DNA of 64,000 nt, from contig OZ024747.1 of the NCBI GenBank assembly GCA_964016885.1, positions 15,128,001 through 15,192,000 of the forward strand, read 5' to 3'. Of this stretch, positions 41,264 to 55,249 are shown piece by piece. The notes beneath the pieces are model-generated. The model searched no databases. It was given only the letters and a program-made list of their open reading frames with translations, and had not been told where the DNA came from. A program made the translations under genes and the position numbers. Each line of letters starts with the position of its first letter. The stretch's first letter is position 1. The DNA comes from Eledone cirrhosa. Its lineage: Eukaryota.

Positions 41264-41613
41264 ATGTAGGAAAATATCGAACAACTTTACACGATCAAAA
41301 TATGTGTGAAACTCAACATATGTGCCACCGAAGCAATTAATCCTTTAATATAAGCTTATAGGTACGGCACTCTATCATGAAGTAAGGTTTTTAAGTGGCA
41401 CAAAGCTTTCAAGGAGGACAGAGTGAATGTTGAAGACGAACCTCGTTCTGGAAGGCCAATCTCGTGAACAAATGAACAAAATGTGGAAGTGGTGTGATGG
41501 CGAAATATAGCTGATTAAGTGTTAGCATGATTGCAGAACAAATGGGCTTAGGATTAAATGCAGTTCACAGAATTTTAACTGATCGTTTGCATATGCGAAC
41601 ATTTGGGGCAAAC
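41264..41613 (+). pseudogene. Mariner transposase N-terminal (HTH) remnant
   Basis: SKVFKWHKAFKEDRVNVEDEPRSGRPIS*TNEQNVEVV...LSVSMIAEQMGLGLNAVHRILTDRLHMR with stops. Confidence 0.85.
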
Positions 41614-42394
41614 ATTGTGGAAAGCATAGGTTGGCCTTAGAAATTTAGAAAGTAGCTGAAGGCTGGAAATTGTGATTTTATTCACCTGTAGTCAATAGAC
41701 TAAGTTCTACGTGTATATCAGAACATATATATTATAACAGGTTGAAACAAGTGAATTAAAGATATGAAGATAAATAAAATTATAGTCCAGTGATATCATA
41801 GATACTGCCAAGGAAATGAAACGGCTTCGGTGAAACATTTTTACAAATATGTACTAGTTTCTAATTTAGGAATTAAGAACACCTGCCAAAGGGAAATATA
41901 AAGTGAGAAAGTATATAACTTCCAACAATTTAAACCTGTCATTACATCCCTCTCCATACATACACCCTCTCCTACCATTACCAACACTAGCACTACCACG
42001 ATCACCACCCCCATCTCCACCAACACTACCGCTATCACCACCACCCCCACTATCACCAAAACTGCAAACAACTACAGCAATATCAAAACACCACATATAG
42101 TTTGTATCTTTAATTTTGAAATCAACTTTATTTGATGTGTATTAGCATTTAACAATCAACGGGTTACAGATTTGTTTAAACACGTTTCATATTTATCTTT
42201 GTTTTCGAAATATTTAAATCATTCACAACGGAGTAAATTGATTAAGTGTAAAGAGACAACATATACATTCAAGGATAATTAGTATTCAATGAAATTACAA
42301 TCAAATATATGTAACTATAAAAGTGTCGTGGGCTAGCTTAATTGGTAGACCGTCTGATAACATACCATTGTTGTATTTATTCTGGTTCTTTACA

Positions 42395-42985
42395 TTTTGA
42401 GTTCAAATTACACCGAGGTCAACTCTGCCTTTCATTCTTTTGGAGTCGATTACAAAACATCCCAGTCAAGTACTAGATCCATTTAATCAATTTCCACTAA
42501 CTCCTGAATTTGTTGGTCTTGTTCTTCAATTAGAAATCAATATATGTAAGTATCAAAGGCTGGTGGATTGGCAAACATGACAGCGGATAAAATGTCATTA
42601 TATTATTTGGTGGATTGGCAGTATCGGTAAAGGGTAGGACGCCATGCTTTGCAGCATAGAGTTACGGCCCTTTATGATCCGAGTTCAAATCCCGCCGAGG
42701 TTAACTTTGCTTTTCATCCTTACGGTGTCGATAAAATAAAGTACCAGTCACGCATTGGAGTCGATTTAATCGACTTTCGCCTCCCCCCAAGTTGCTGGCC
42801 TTGTGCTTATATAAGAAACCAATATTTAGTCAGAGGTTTTACATTCTGAGTCCAAATCCCGCAGAGGTCAACTTTATTTTATCGACCCTGGAACGACGAA
42901 AGTCAAAGTGCCAGTCAAGTACTGGTTTTGATTTAATCAACTTTGCTCTTTCCCCAGATTTGCTGGCATTGTTCCTAAATTATAA
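42395..42985 (+). mobile_element. Cluster of 3 S1-related SINEs
   Basis: Well-conserved copy 42610-42823 flanked by two older copies. Confidence 0.8.
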
Positions 42986-43724
42986 ATAATAAACATGGTT
43001 TCGTCTGAAGAAAATATTAAACAATGATCATCCCATCGATTTTTTCTCGGACTAAGTCATTAGATCGATATCATGAAAAGTATGTTGTATTGTGTCTGAG
43101 AGTTGGGTACAGTTTGAAAAAACTCTTTCCATTTTTCAGAAAGAGTGTAGGATGTGATTTGAAGTTAAATAGTAAAATTAATTGTTTGCTATTTCTTGCA
43201 GATAAAACAATCACATAGAGGCAAACCTCTTTGGTGAACTTAACCGATTGCTTAAAGCGGTGAATTGGAAGAGTCGTTAGTACCTCGGTGGTCATTAGAT
43301 GGGGCCACCTATGTAAACTCGCATATTTGAAGAGGTATCGATTAACAGTCGGGATCCGATCGGCTGATGAAACCCGAGCTGATCGATCTCAAAACAGTTG
43401 CAATATTCAATAAATGTTTATAACAAGGTGCAAATTTCACTTCTTATTGTCACCCTATATATACACTATGCAAGGTACAGCCGCCTTAAACCTGGAGGAC
43501 AAACCAACGAGAGACGGACCCCCGTAACAGCACAGAGTGATTCGACCAGCGTCGATGCTAGTAACCACAAGTTACATTGTAACACAAATATATATATATA
43601 TACATATATATATAGTAATAATAATAAATTTGAAGACTAAAATCCAAAGAGGGCTCGAGTTTCAGAAGATCCCGTTAAGGGTGAAAGCAGCGATTCTTTG
43701 CTTAAACTTTAATCTCTTATTTTA

Positions 43725-43787
<63 letters not shown>

Positions 43788-43804
43788 ATTTTTTTTTTTT
43801 TTTC

Positions 43805-44015
43805 AGTCGATTGACTTTCGTCAAATCGGACCAAGGATACAATGATTCCATTGGTCTTTCCAATTGCTAATACTATCTATCGGTCGCAACTCCAGATAGA
43901 AGGAGCAACGTGAAATAAAGTGCTCAAGGACATAACGCATTGCCCGGTTCGGGAATCGAACTCGCAACCTCACAATTGTGAATTCAGTTCTCTAACCACT
44001 CAGCCAGGCGCCTCC
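43805..44015 (-). mobile_element. S2 CORE-type SINE
   Basis: Minus-strand head ggaggcgcctggctgagtggttagag (A-box), gagttcgattcccg (B-box); homologous to 8726-8942. Confidence 0.85.
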
Positions 44016-44583
44016 ATATATATATGTTCATTCTGTCATTACAACGGCAGAGGTCCGACGAGCTTTTGATTCCAGAGTCTCGTCAGATCGATACAGATCG
44101 AACCTTGAGCTGATCAATAACAAAACCCGTGTCACCAATCAATAAACGTAAACGAAGGCTTAACAAATCGTCCTTATCTTATATATATATAGTCGAGCAG
44201 CCTAGAAAATATATTACGTGGTCAGTCGAGCTAGAAATACCAGGCAAATTATCTCATTCACATCACAACCTCCTTTACTGTCATTTACCCGTACCCCATT
44301 GTCTTTAATGTTAAGATATGACACAGTATGTGAAGGAATGTTACTTAGTTGTTACAATGTTGGTTCAGGATTCCTGGCTGAGTGTTGTGTCCTTGGGTAA
44401 AGCATCTCATTTTACAGCACCCAAGTACTCTAGGCTGGCTACAATGAGTCCTATCTCTAATCTAAGGGGGCAGCCTTTTTGCACATTTTGTCACGCGCAA
44501 TCTCCCTTAAACCTAAGTTAAGACAAGTCGTATCTGTAGCATGCTCCACCGACATTATATAGTTCGGTTTATATTTTGTTTGT

Positions 44584-45303
44584 ATAATAATTGTTTCTAC
44601 TTTAAGCACAAGGCCAGCAATTACCCAGTGCATTACCGGTACTTTATTTTATCGACCCCCGTAAGGATGAAAGGCAAAGTCAACCTCGGCGGGATTTGAA
44701 CTCAGATCGTAAAGGGACGTAACTATGTATAATAATGGTTTCTTATACAGACACAAGGTCAGAAATTTTGAGGGAAGGGAAAGTCGATTAAATCGACAAC
44801 AGTGCATTACTGGTACTTTATTTTATTGACCCCGTAAGGATGAAAGGCAAAGTTAACCTCGGCTGGATTTGAACTCAGAACGTAAAGGGCCGTAACCCTA
44901 TGTTACAAAGCATGTTTTCCGACACTCTACTAATACTGCAAATTCACCAATAATACTAATAATAATTGTTTCTACTTTTGGCACAAGGCCAGCAATTATC
45001 CAAGTGTATTACTGGTACTTTTTTATCGACCCCCATAAGGATGAAAGGCAAAGGTAACCTCGGCGGGATTTGAACTCAGATCATAAAGGGCCGTAACTCT
45101 ATGCTGCAAAGCATGGCGTCCGACCTTCTACCGATACTGACAATCCACCACCCTAACAATAATAATAATGGTTTCTTATATAGGCACAAGGCCAGCAATT
45201 TAGGGGGAGGCGAAAGTCAATTAAATCGACCCCAGTGCGTGACTGGTACTTTATTTTATCGACCCCGTAAGGAAGAAAGGCAAAGTAAACTACGACAGGT
45301 TTA
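44584..45303 (-). mobile_element. Head-to-tail array of 4 S1 SINEs (short, long, short, long)
   Basis: Copies start at about 44584, 44729, 44958 and 45160, each joined through (AAT)n. Confidence 0.9.
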
Positions 45304-45343
45304 AATCAATAATAATAATAATAATAGTAATAATAACAATAAT

Positions 45344-45967
45344 GATTTCTTTATTGGCCACAAGGGCTGACATCAAGAAAAACATCACAGACGGAACAGG
45401 GCGGTACAATGTGGGTTTTGTGCGTGTAAATATTTTTATTAATTATATAAGAAAAGAAAAAAAGACATAAAACATATATATATATGAACAATAAAATGAA
45501 AATTGAAACAATGAAAAATTCCCCAATAGGGGGGGAAACCTCCGAGGGTTACTCGTGGCGAAAACCACACAAAAGACCACGGCCACCCTGACTACCAGGG
45601 CAAGCGCCCTCTCTCAATTTTTCCATCTCTCAAACTACAGACGTATATTCACTGGGACCATTCTCGCTACATTCACCCACCTTTCAACAAACTTGCTAGA
45701 AAGCAGCACTTGCCTCGCCACCCTGATTTTCCTCTTCAAGTGAAACTTGAAAAAGTTAATTAGGGATTCGCCGAAGAGGAAAGTGTTTGTCTTTAATCCT
45801 TTTAACCTTGTCCACCACACAATCTCTTTCGCCATGGCCACCAGGCAGATGAAAACCGCCTGCCTTTCCTCTTCGAAGGAAGACGGCGAGACCATCTGCA
45901 CAATGGACTCAGTCGACAACCGGATCAGTCCCACACGCGACAGCAACTGTTCGACATAGCTCCAAGT
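45344..45967 (-). mobile_element. 5'-truncated Tx1/L1-like LINE in (AAT)n
   Basis: Minus ORF ...AVFICLVAMAKEIVWWTRLKGL...FFKFHLKRKIRVARQVL..KFVERWVNVARM, then 3' UTR, AATAAA and an (ATT)n tail. Confidence 0.75.
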
Positions 45968-46022
45968 AATAATAATAATAATAATGATTTCATTTAGTGG
46001 CCACAAGGGCCGACATGTAGGG

Positions 46023-46052
<30 letters not shown>

Positions 46053-46054
<2 letters not shown>

Positions 46055-46775
46055 TGGAACTGGTTAAAAAGAGGAGACTTTCAAAAAGCTACAGAAGGAA
46101 TGCTAATGGCTGCGCAAGAGCAGCCCTCAAAACGAAGTGGGTGAAACTCTATATTGACAAGGAGGAGGCTAGCTCACTGTGTAGGATCTGTGGAGAGAGA
46201 GAGGAGACTGTGGCTCACATTGTATCCGAATGTAAACACCTATCCCAGACTCACTATAACGGCTGGAGACATGATACATGATGTGATAGGCAGGGTATTC
46301 CACTGGCATCTATTAAAGATATGAAACAATTTACCACATTCTGAGAAGTGGTATGAGTGTAAGCCAGAGTCGATGATTGAAAATGATCAGGTGAAGGTGC
46401 TATGGGATTTTAGGACACAGACGGACAAGAATTTAGAACACAATAGGCCTGAACTGGTGGTTTTGGACAAGGAAATAAGATCTTGCCTGATTGTAGATGT
46501 AGCCTGCCCATTTGACACGAGAGTGCCAGAAAAGGAGAGGGAGAACATTAACCGATACCAGGATTTAAAGTGGGAGTTAAAAAGGATTTGGAACTGCCAT
46601 GAAATCAAGGTCGTCCCGATTGCAATAGGCGCACTAGGTACTATCTCAAAGAGTTTCCAAGGATGGTAAAAAAAGATTAGTCCAGCTCCGCTTTTTTGGA
46701 ACACTTCAAAAGGCATGCTTGCTGGGATCAGCAAGAACCTTCCCATACGTCCTGAATATCTGAGGCTGCATGATC
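46053..46775 (+). mobile_element. 5'-truncated R4/Dong-clade non-LTR retrotransposon (zinc knuckle plus restriction-like endonuclease), disrupted
   Basis: CRICGEREETVAHIVSEC...RHD; VLWDFRTQTDKNLEHNRPELVVLDK...IVDVACPFD...KVVPIAIGALG; frameshifts and stops; directly follows (AAT)n. Confidence 0.9.
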
Positions 46776-46867
46776 AGGCAACGAAGAAAGGAGATAGTAA
46801 CAAAGTGCAGCTGACTGACCTTCTGCACACAAACACACAATACAGGCACATGTATACAGACAAGCAC

Positions 46868-46931
<64 letters not shown>

Positions 46932-46941
46932 ACACACACAC

Positions 46942-46984
<43 letters not shown>

Positions 46985-47579
46985 CTTGCAGACACACTTA
47001 CACATAAGTTGACACACACGCACATAAAACTGGCGCGCACACACATATAAATCTTCAGAAACATATTCACTCACTTAGAAGCACACACTTACAATAACGT
47101 ACGCTCACACACACACACACGCAAACACACTTACAAAATGCTCTGTCACACGTATACACATAAATACAGAGATAATGTGAAAGAATCCCCTCTCGCATTC
47201 TAAAAACGCATATACCAGAAAAAGTTTCACAAAACCCTTATACAAAAAAAAAAAAACATACATAAAGCACACACATAAACCTCTAAATAAATCAATAACA
47301 CAAAAAAACTACAGTGCTCCAACTTGGCCGTTGCCTAATGACAGAGAGGAAACAATATCACCAGGATGGTAGTGTTACAAGCGAGCTGCTTATGACGTTA
47401 CATGTAGTAGATATATATATAAGCCAGTAGTTTTGTATAAGCTGATTAGCAGATGTTTTATGTATTAGGTGCCCCATTTCCATTGGCTAATACAACAACC
47501 AGGCATTGTTTTATCAAATGACAGTAAGGAAGTGGGCGTGTCAGATACGATTATATTTGAAGGAGGATGGATTTTGAAT

Positions 47580-47631
47580 TGAATGTATTACTTTCTTTCT
47601 CTCGCGCTCCCATTTCTTTTCTATATGTATG

Positions 47632-47689
<58 letters not shown>

Positions 47690-47737
47690 CATATAGAAAA
47701 GAAAGGGAGCGCGAGAGAAAGAAAGTAATACATTCAA
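47580..47737. repeat. About 52-bp inverted arms around a (TA)n core
   Basis: tgaatgtattactttctttctctcgcgctccc...(TA)n...gggagcgcgagagaaagaaagtaatacattca. Confidence 0.85.
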
Positions 47738-47769
47738 ATCAAAATACTTTATATTATATGTATATCTTA

Positions 47770-47897
<128 letters not shown>

Positions 47898-47928
47898 TCC
47901 TAATGTGTGTGAATGCGTGTGTGCGCAT

Positions 47929-48003
<75 letters not shown>

Positions 48004-48480
48004 ATATGTATATATATTTATATATATATATATATGTATATATATTTATAGATATATATATGTATACATATATTACATATATGTATATATTATATATATA
48101 TTATATGTATGTCTTATATTTATATATATAAATAAATATAAGATATACATATAATATATATATATATATAATATATATATAATATATATATACATATATA
48201 TATAATATAATTACGATTGACCATACGGAATAGACCAGCTCTATACAGTGGTGAACCTCAAACCTGAATATATATATAATATATATATATACATATATAT
48301 ATATATAAATAAATATAAGATATACATATAATATATATATATGTTATATATATATTTTATTTTTTATATATATGTATACGAGTATGTATATATATATATA
48401 TATTATATATATATATATATTATATATATTATATGTATATCTTATATTTATATATATATATATATTATATGTATATTTCA

Positions 48481-48531
<51 letters not shown>

Positions 48532-49173
48532 ATATATATATATATAGAGAGAGAGAGAGAAAGAGAGAGAGAGAAAGAGAGAGAGACATCCATATGCACA
48601 CACACGCACACATATACGCACACACATATATATATATACGTGTGTGGGTGTGTGCATGTGTGTGTGCGCGTGTGTGTGTGCACGCGTATGTGTGTGTGTA
48701 TTCTTTGTTGTAAAGTGGATGTCAGCATCCATGCTGTTATAAGCAAACGCATTTAGATAATTTTAATGATCGATTTAGTGCTAAAAGAATCAATATCTAA
48801 ATGACTAATTATACAGTGAAGAGTTAACTCCCGAATATTGATTGATTTAAATTAATCAAGTATGGAATGCATTTGGGATTGATACTATTGATTAGCTGTA
48901 CGGAAACAACTCCGGACATGTTTTTATCTTGTTATACCTCATCAGTAAAGTATTGAATAACATTGATTAAAATATATTAGAATGATGAGAGACGTATAGC
49001 AATTTTATGAACGTAACAGAATGGTCTTGAAAATTGCAAGAATTATTGCATGAAAAATATATATGGACGCCTGCTGAACAAATAGTGAAGAGTGAAGTGA
49101 GTGTTGGTATAATTGATGCCTTCAGAACCTCACTGTTTATGCACAAACAAACTTATATATCTTTTAACCTTTT

Positions 49174-49452
49174 AATAATTGCTTCTACTTTTGGCACAAG
49201 GCCAGCAATTATCCAGTGCATTACTGGTACTTTATTTTATAGACCCCGTAAGGATGAAAGGCAAAGTTAACCTCGACTCCTATTTAATAATTGTTTCTAC
49301 GTTAGGCACAAGGCCAGCAAATACCCAGTGTATTACTGGTACTTTATTTTATCGACCCCGTAAGGATGAAAGGCAAAGTTAACCTTGGCGGGATTTGAAC
49401 TCAGAATGGCAAGGGCCGTAACTCTATGCGTCAAAGCATGGCGTCCGACCCT
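49174..49452 (-). mobile_element. Two tandem S1 SINEs (short variant)
   Basis: Copies at about 49174-49277 and 49285-49452. Confidence 0.88.
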
Positions 49453-49461
49453 CAATCTTAA

Positions 49462-49682
49462 CCGTTTAGCATTTACATTACTCTATATTTACTATTATAT
49501 TTTCACGGTAAACACTTTACTTCACGTAATTATCTCACATAATATCGAATCTATGAGATTTTGATATTATTTATTTTGAGAACTATACCTTAACATAAGT
49601 ATGAGTGACCAGCTACGCCCGGTTTGAAGAGAAAGAGGTGAGAGAATTCTAGCCGGATACGGACGGTTTTAATGCAAAAGGG
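49462..49682. mobile_element. piggyBac-type (TTAA-specific) MITE
   Basis: TTAA-ccgtttagcatt...aatgcaaaaggg-TTAA; 12-bp TIR with 2 mismatches. Confidence 0.75.
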
Positions 49683-50104
49683 TTAAGGTATTGCAATCTT
49701 TCTTAGATTATGCTTCGCTTATGAATTTAAATACGACGGAAACAGATCCACAATTCATAATTAATTAACATTTTGAAGTGATCTCCCTTGCCTGTTTTAA
49801 TCTGATTTAGAAGAAGTTTTAATTAATTAGTGTATAACGATGGCCACTTTTCATGCACCATATATATCCCGGTAATTATTTCTAGTTATATTCATTGATG
49901 ATGCCCTAATTAGTGTCGAGAATCTTTTAAGAAAAATCATGCTTTTTCAGTTTACAGGGAAATATGTGAAAGTTGACATGTTTACACGTCTATATAGTAA
50001 ATAATTATACATATTTACGTAAATCTCGTTTTCAATTTGTAGTGTATATATATTTAACCTGTACTTCGGTTGCATAGTGCACAATTTAATGTATATTTAA
50101 ATTA

Positions 50105-50154
<50 letters not shown>

Positions 50155-50241
50155 CATACATATATATATATTTATACATACATATATATATATTTATACA
50201 TACATATATATAAATACACACTCGCATATATATATATATAT

Positions 50242-50307
<66 letters not shown>

Positions 50308-51271
50308 CTGGGTGTGTGCACGTGTGTGTGTCTGTTAATGTGTAACTAGCTATTATATGACACACGCAATGGGCATCTACATATCTTAACCCATAGAATG
50401 TGTATATAGGTATACAGCCAGCTCTGGTTCGTTATTCTCTTGTTTACCAACTGCTATATGTCATATATAACATATCATATTGCACTGTGCACTCGTCACC
50501 GTGTGTCTGTGTGTTTGTGTATCTATGTATCTGCTGTTCGTTCTATGCGGGTTTGCCATTTTTTGTGTGTATATATGTTAATGTTATTACTTCATGATGT
50601 TTAGCTATGGGTCCATCCTGATTGAGTGAATCCATAGAAAAAATACACAAAGCAAGCTACAAGAGAATATGTCAGTGCAAATTCATCATATGTGCATACA
50701 AATGCATGTACAACCTTAGCACTCTTCCTGCCAAATGTGTGGCTTTTTCCTGTAACATTTTTCCTTTGATGCTATTTCCCTTTTCCCAATGAGTTGATCT
50801 ATGATCAAAGGAATTCTCCCCATAACCATCCCGTCTTTTCTTTTTCAAAACATATATGTAGAACTATATTAACCGCTGTAGATTACTTATCGTTCTGAAC
50901 CAAATTAATCCTAAACAAGCAGACCCAAGAACGAGAGATTTCATATCTTGACCCTACGTCTTTAAAATTTCCATTAACTAATATATCTTGCATTATAGCT
51001 TGTGTTATAGCTGTTGAAACCCTGAACATTCCTGATCCAACAGATCTATTATCGAAGGCATTCCAGTAATGACATGCCGACATTCTTTTCAGACGTTGTG
51101 TGTTCATTATTCATAGTGTCTTTCCTGATAGTTACCATTTAACCTCAGTTCATTCCTAAACTAGCAGACTTTATAATCTAATGCAGACCAGCGAAGATGT
51201 ATATCGAACTCTATAATCCATGGTAGCAGCTAGTATAAGTTTTATCATTATAACTCTGCTGGATCGCAGCT

Positions 51272-51312
51272 ATCCTATGATGACATAAGACGTTCTTATG
51301 TCATCATAGGAT
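51272..51312. repeat. Perfect 19-bp inverted repeat, 3-nt loop
   Basis: atcctatgatgacataaga-cgt-tcttatgtcatcataggat. Confidence 0.9.
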
Positions 51313-52489
51313 GTTGGTCTGTAAGTACAAGTCTGCCCTAGTCTAGTGTCTTATGAACGATAGCTTTCCATTCGTGATCATCCTATAGCAATGTATTTAT
51401 GTAAATACATTAATCATAATGTGTTTCCTTGTTGATGTTATTTAATCCTAGATCATCCATGAATTAGCAAATTCATCAAGCCGTTATCATCGTTATAGTT
51501 CCGGTCGACCAGCTTTGACTCTTGTGTTGGAAGATTGTTTTTAATAAGTAAGTCATAAATAAGGGGCCGAGTTCATGTATTAAATGCTGGAGAAATCGAT
51601 TACGTTATCAAATATACTTTATATTGTGGATGTTCTATTAATATATACAACTCGGTAGAACTTTAAATAAAGGCCTATAATTCGTGACCACCACTCATAT
51701 AAAGTTCTCGGGAATTTTACCCACCCTAGATAGATAGATTTCCTTTGACATTTTGTCTTTTATTCTTAGAACAGATAGACATGGGTTGCAATTTGTGAAA
51801 AAGTGCATCAATGAATAAACGTTACAGTAGGGGGGGGGGGGTCGATGCACTAGAGCACGGTAGTAAAGGGATTATTAGGTAACAATCTAGCTAGGTAGTA
51901 AGTACTTACTTACAGGATGTCAGAGGTAGTTGCATGTCTGGGTGAAGAGAAGAGAAGGTATAGAAATGGATGGATAATCAATAAAGTAGGTAAAGAAGAA
52001 ATAAATAAAATTTAAATAAAACCCATAAGAATGACATACGGATAAAACAAAGAAATCGAGGAAGAAGGGATGTAGAGTAAGAGTGTTAAGTAGGAGAAAA
52101 GTAAAGTAAGATGATCGTAAGGAGACATGAAGAAACAACGAAATAAAATAAGGCTTCGAGTGAAAGGGAATAACAGTAGTTATTTTTATTGCTATTGTTA
52201 TTGTTGGTTTTGTTGTTTAGCCCTAGGGCCCTCTTGGTCCAATAGATGTATGCCCATAGCCGTTTCGACCATACAAGTAAGTTTTAGTCTTTCAAGCGGT
52301 GTATCTATCTAGGACTACATTATCTAATGTATTGTTCCCATTTTGAAAAGGTAAGTTATAATTCGAGGGGCATTTGACTGTTATTTCCAGTCTGTTTGAG
52401 ACCACCGTGTGGTTCTCTTGTAATCTTGTTTATAGGAAAATATATGAAAGAAAAACAAATAAATGTATGGTGCAATTTATGTACAGGAT

Positions 52490-53093
52490 CAGAAATTTCG
52501 GAAAAGGAGAAAGTCGATTATATCACCCTCGTACGTGACTGTTACTTATTTTATCAACCGTGAAGGGATGAAAAGCAAATTTGACCTCGGTGTTATTTGA
52601 ACTCAAATGCAGAAAGTTATAGCTAAATACCGCATTTTGTCCGACGCTGTACTGATGGTGACAACGCCCAACCTCTGCCCTAAATAGGGAGCCACAATCC
52701 TTTCTCAAACTGACAGAAGGCCAACAATTTGTGGGGAGGAGGAAGTCCATTATATCGATCCTGGTAATTAACTGGTACTATATTTTATCACCCACGGAAG
52801 GATGAATGGTAGCAAAATTTGAACTCAGAATTTAACTGCAAAGCATTTGTTCGACACTCTAACGATACTGCAATTCCACCATCCTAAATAGGGCATTAAA
52901 ATAACAATAATGTGTTTTTACTTTTGGCACAGGGCCAGCAATTACCCCAGTGCCTTACTGGTGTTTCATTTTATCGACCCCGTAAGGATGAAAGGAAAAG
53001 TTAACTTCGGCGGGATTTGAACTCACAACGTAAAGAGCCATAAGTCTATGCTGCAAAGCATGGTGTCTGACGCTCTACCGATACTGCCAAACC
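52490..53093 (-). mobile_element. Cluster of 3 S1-related SINEs
   Basis: Two older copies plus a conserved copy at about 52907-53093. Confidence 0.8.
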
Positions 53094-55209
53094 ACTGTTT
53101 CAATGAATACACAGATCCAAACATTTTTTTACGGGAACATATATTAGTTAACTGGTACTTATTAAAAAAATATAATACTTTGGCAAGAAAATCCTCTACG
53201 GATTACAAAATGTCCTGATAAGACGGCGGTAAGATGACAAGTGATTATATGGAGACAAGAAATCGATACGTTTACCGACGGTACATAGCTTGGAGGGGCA
53301 CAGTATAAGAATAATTGGCTCTGGTTTGTGTTTAGGTGGCAGACTTCACTTCCCTGCTGATAACGAGAAAGACGTGATAGGAAAAAAAAGTAATAATTGA
53401 AAAGAACGGTTCCGTGCTTGAAGTGGTGTGCATCTTTTTCAGAACTAACAACACATATCTCTCAGATTGCCACAAATTTAGATATATATTTCTGCCATTT
53501 CAATGATATAACAGACTTTGGTAATGTTAAAAAGTGATGAATTCAAACATAAAGAAATAGAAAATAAGACGAGTCTTCGGAGGAACGATACTAGAAAAGT
53601 CGACACATGGTTAAAAATATGGAAAACTAGAAGGCTGTTAATGAGGGTTAATATCTACGAAACAGTGTTTTTATACTGTATATACTGAATAACGCAAGAC
53701 AGACTAGGGAGTCTGAAGGCTAGATACACGGCTATGCTGCCGATTGTAGATCTAAAGAAATATTTTACATATAATGAAAAGAAGCTGAATGGTTGAGAGT
53801 GGAACGGCAACAGTAAAAATATTCAAGAAGGAAAGAATCCCAAACAAGTGAGAACAATTTTAAACTGAAAATTAAAACGTATAGGTTCTGTTTTTCAAAC
53901 AGTAAATAACGCAGGAGAAGAATAATGGGCCTCGGTGAAAATTAGGTGCTAAGGGGAAAACGAAAGCATTGTTAATAGTTGTGAAGGAACAAGTGATTAA
54001 ATGAAAACTTGTAAAAACAGAAATCTTACCGAAATAAGAAAAATGATAAGTGTCAATTCTGTGACAAAATGCGCAAAATGTTAAACAGTAGGTGAAATGA
54101 ACAGAAGCTAACATATTGTGAGTATAGCATTATGACAGGACAAATAGTAAAACTTTACACAGAGCAATTAGAATCGGCATCAACAAGAACAACAGTAATC
54201 ACACCAAAGCATGTGTCAGAAAACAACAACCGCAAATGCGGTATAGAAAGTTGTAGGATTGAAAAGGAGAATGTCACAAAATTCGGTCAACTGATTCTTT
54301 TCAGCACCCTAAAGGTTCGTAGGCAAATGTAGCGGAAACGAATTGTGATGCGTCTGCCAAAAGACAACTCACCAGCTGTAACAACAACAAAAAAATATAC
54401 TACAACTTCATTGTTATTTGTTTTACAAGGAAACATTATACTGGTAGGCTAATAGAAAATTTAGTTTCACTATTGAAAATGGCAGTTGTAAGATTTTGTG
54501 AAATTTCGCTATGAAAACTAATCGTTTAATAGAAGCATTGATATGAGATATGGTCATCATAATATTAATAAAGTTAAAGTCCCTCCCGAGTTTAGAGATG
54601 CGTCAGCCGAGAATATATCCCAGTCTTATAATAAAGACACAGATAGATACTGGCATAGCTTTACATCTATCACATGATTGAAGAGTCGAAGAAAAAGGAA
54701 CTGATATTTGGATCTATGTAATAAGTGAAACATAGTTATGAGAACAAACACATCATTAAAATTATCTTTTTTGTCATAGAAAAAAAAAACTTGGCTATTC
54801 TGTTGATAACAGAATAGCCAAGTTTCGGAAAATCAACAGATTTCTTTGTAAATTAACGTCAGAATTTAATAGAACATCAGTAAATTTTAAAGACATTCTA
54901 TTGACATAACATTTCTTAGGAAGAAGATGTATTCTATTTGGCACAAAGAAGATAGAAATGCAAAGTAAAATCACTTGTATAATAAATAGATCATCAACGT
55001 ACAAAAATATCATTTAAAATAACCAGCCAAATAGGTTCAAGGTATGGTTGTGTTGTTAAGAGGTTCGTCGCAAACACGTGATTTTCGGGTTCATTTCCAG
55101 TGCGTGGTACTTTTGGTAATTCCCTTCTCTTATAGATTCGGGTTGACTAATAACTTGCAAGTAAAATGTGGTAGACGGAAACTGCAGAAAAACGTCGTAC
55201 CCCCCCCCC

Positions 55210-55249
<40 letters not shown>

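Noticed and set aside
53200-54400. Purine-rich stretch possibly from an old R4/Dong LINE
   Set aside because: Only faint resemblance; no clear peptide motif recovered.
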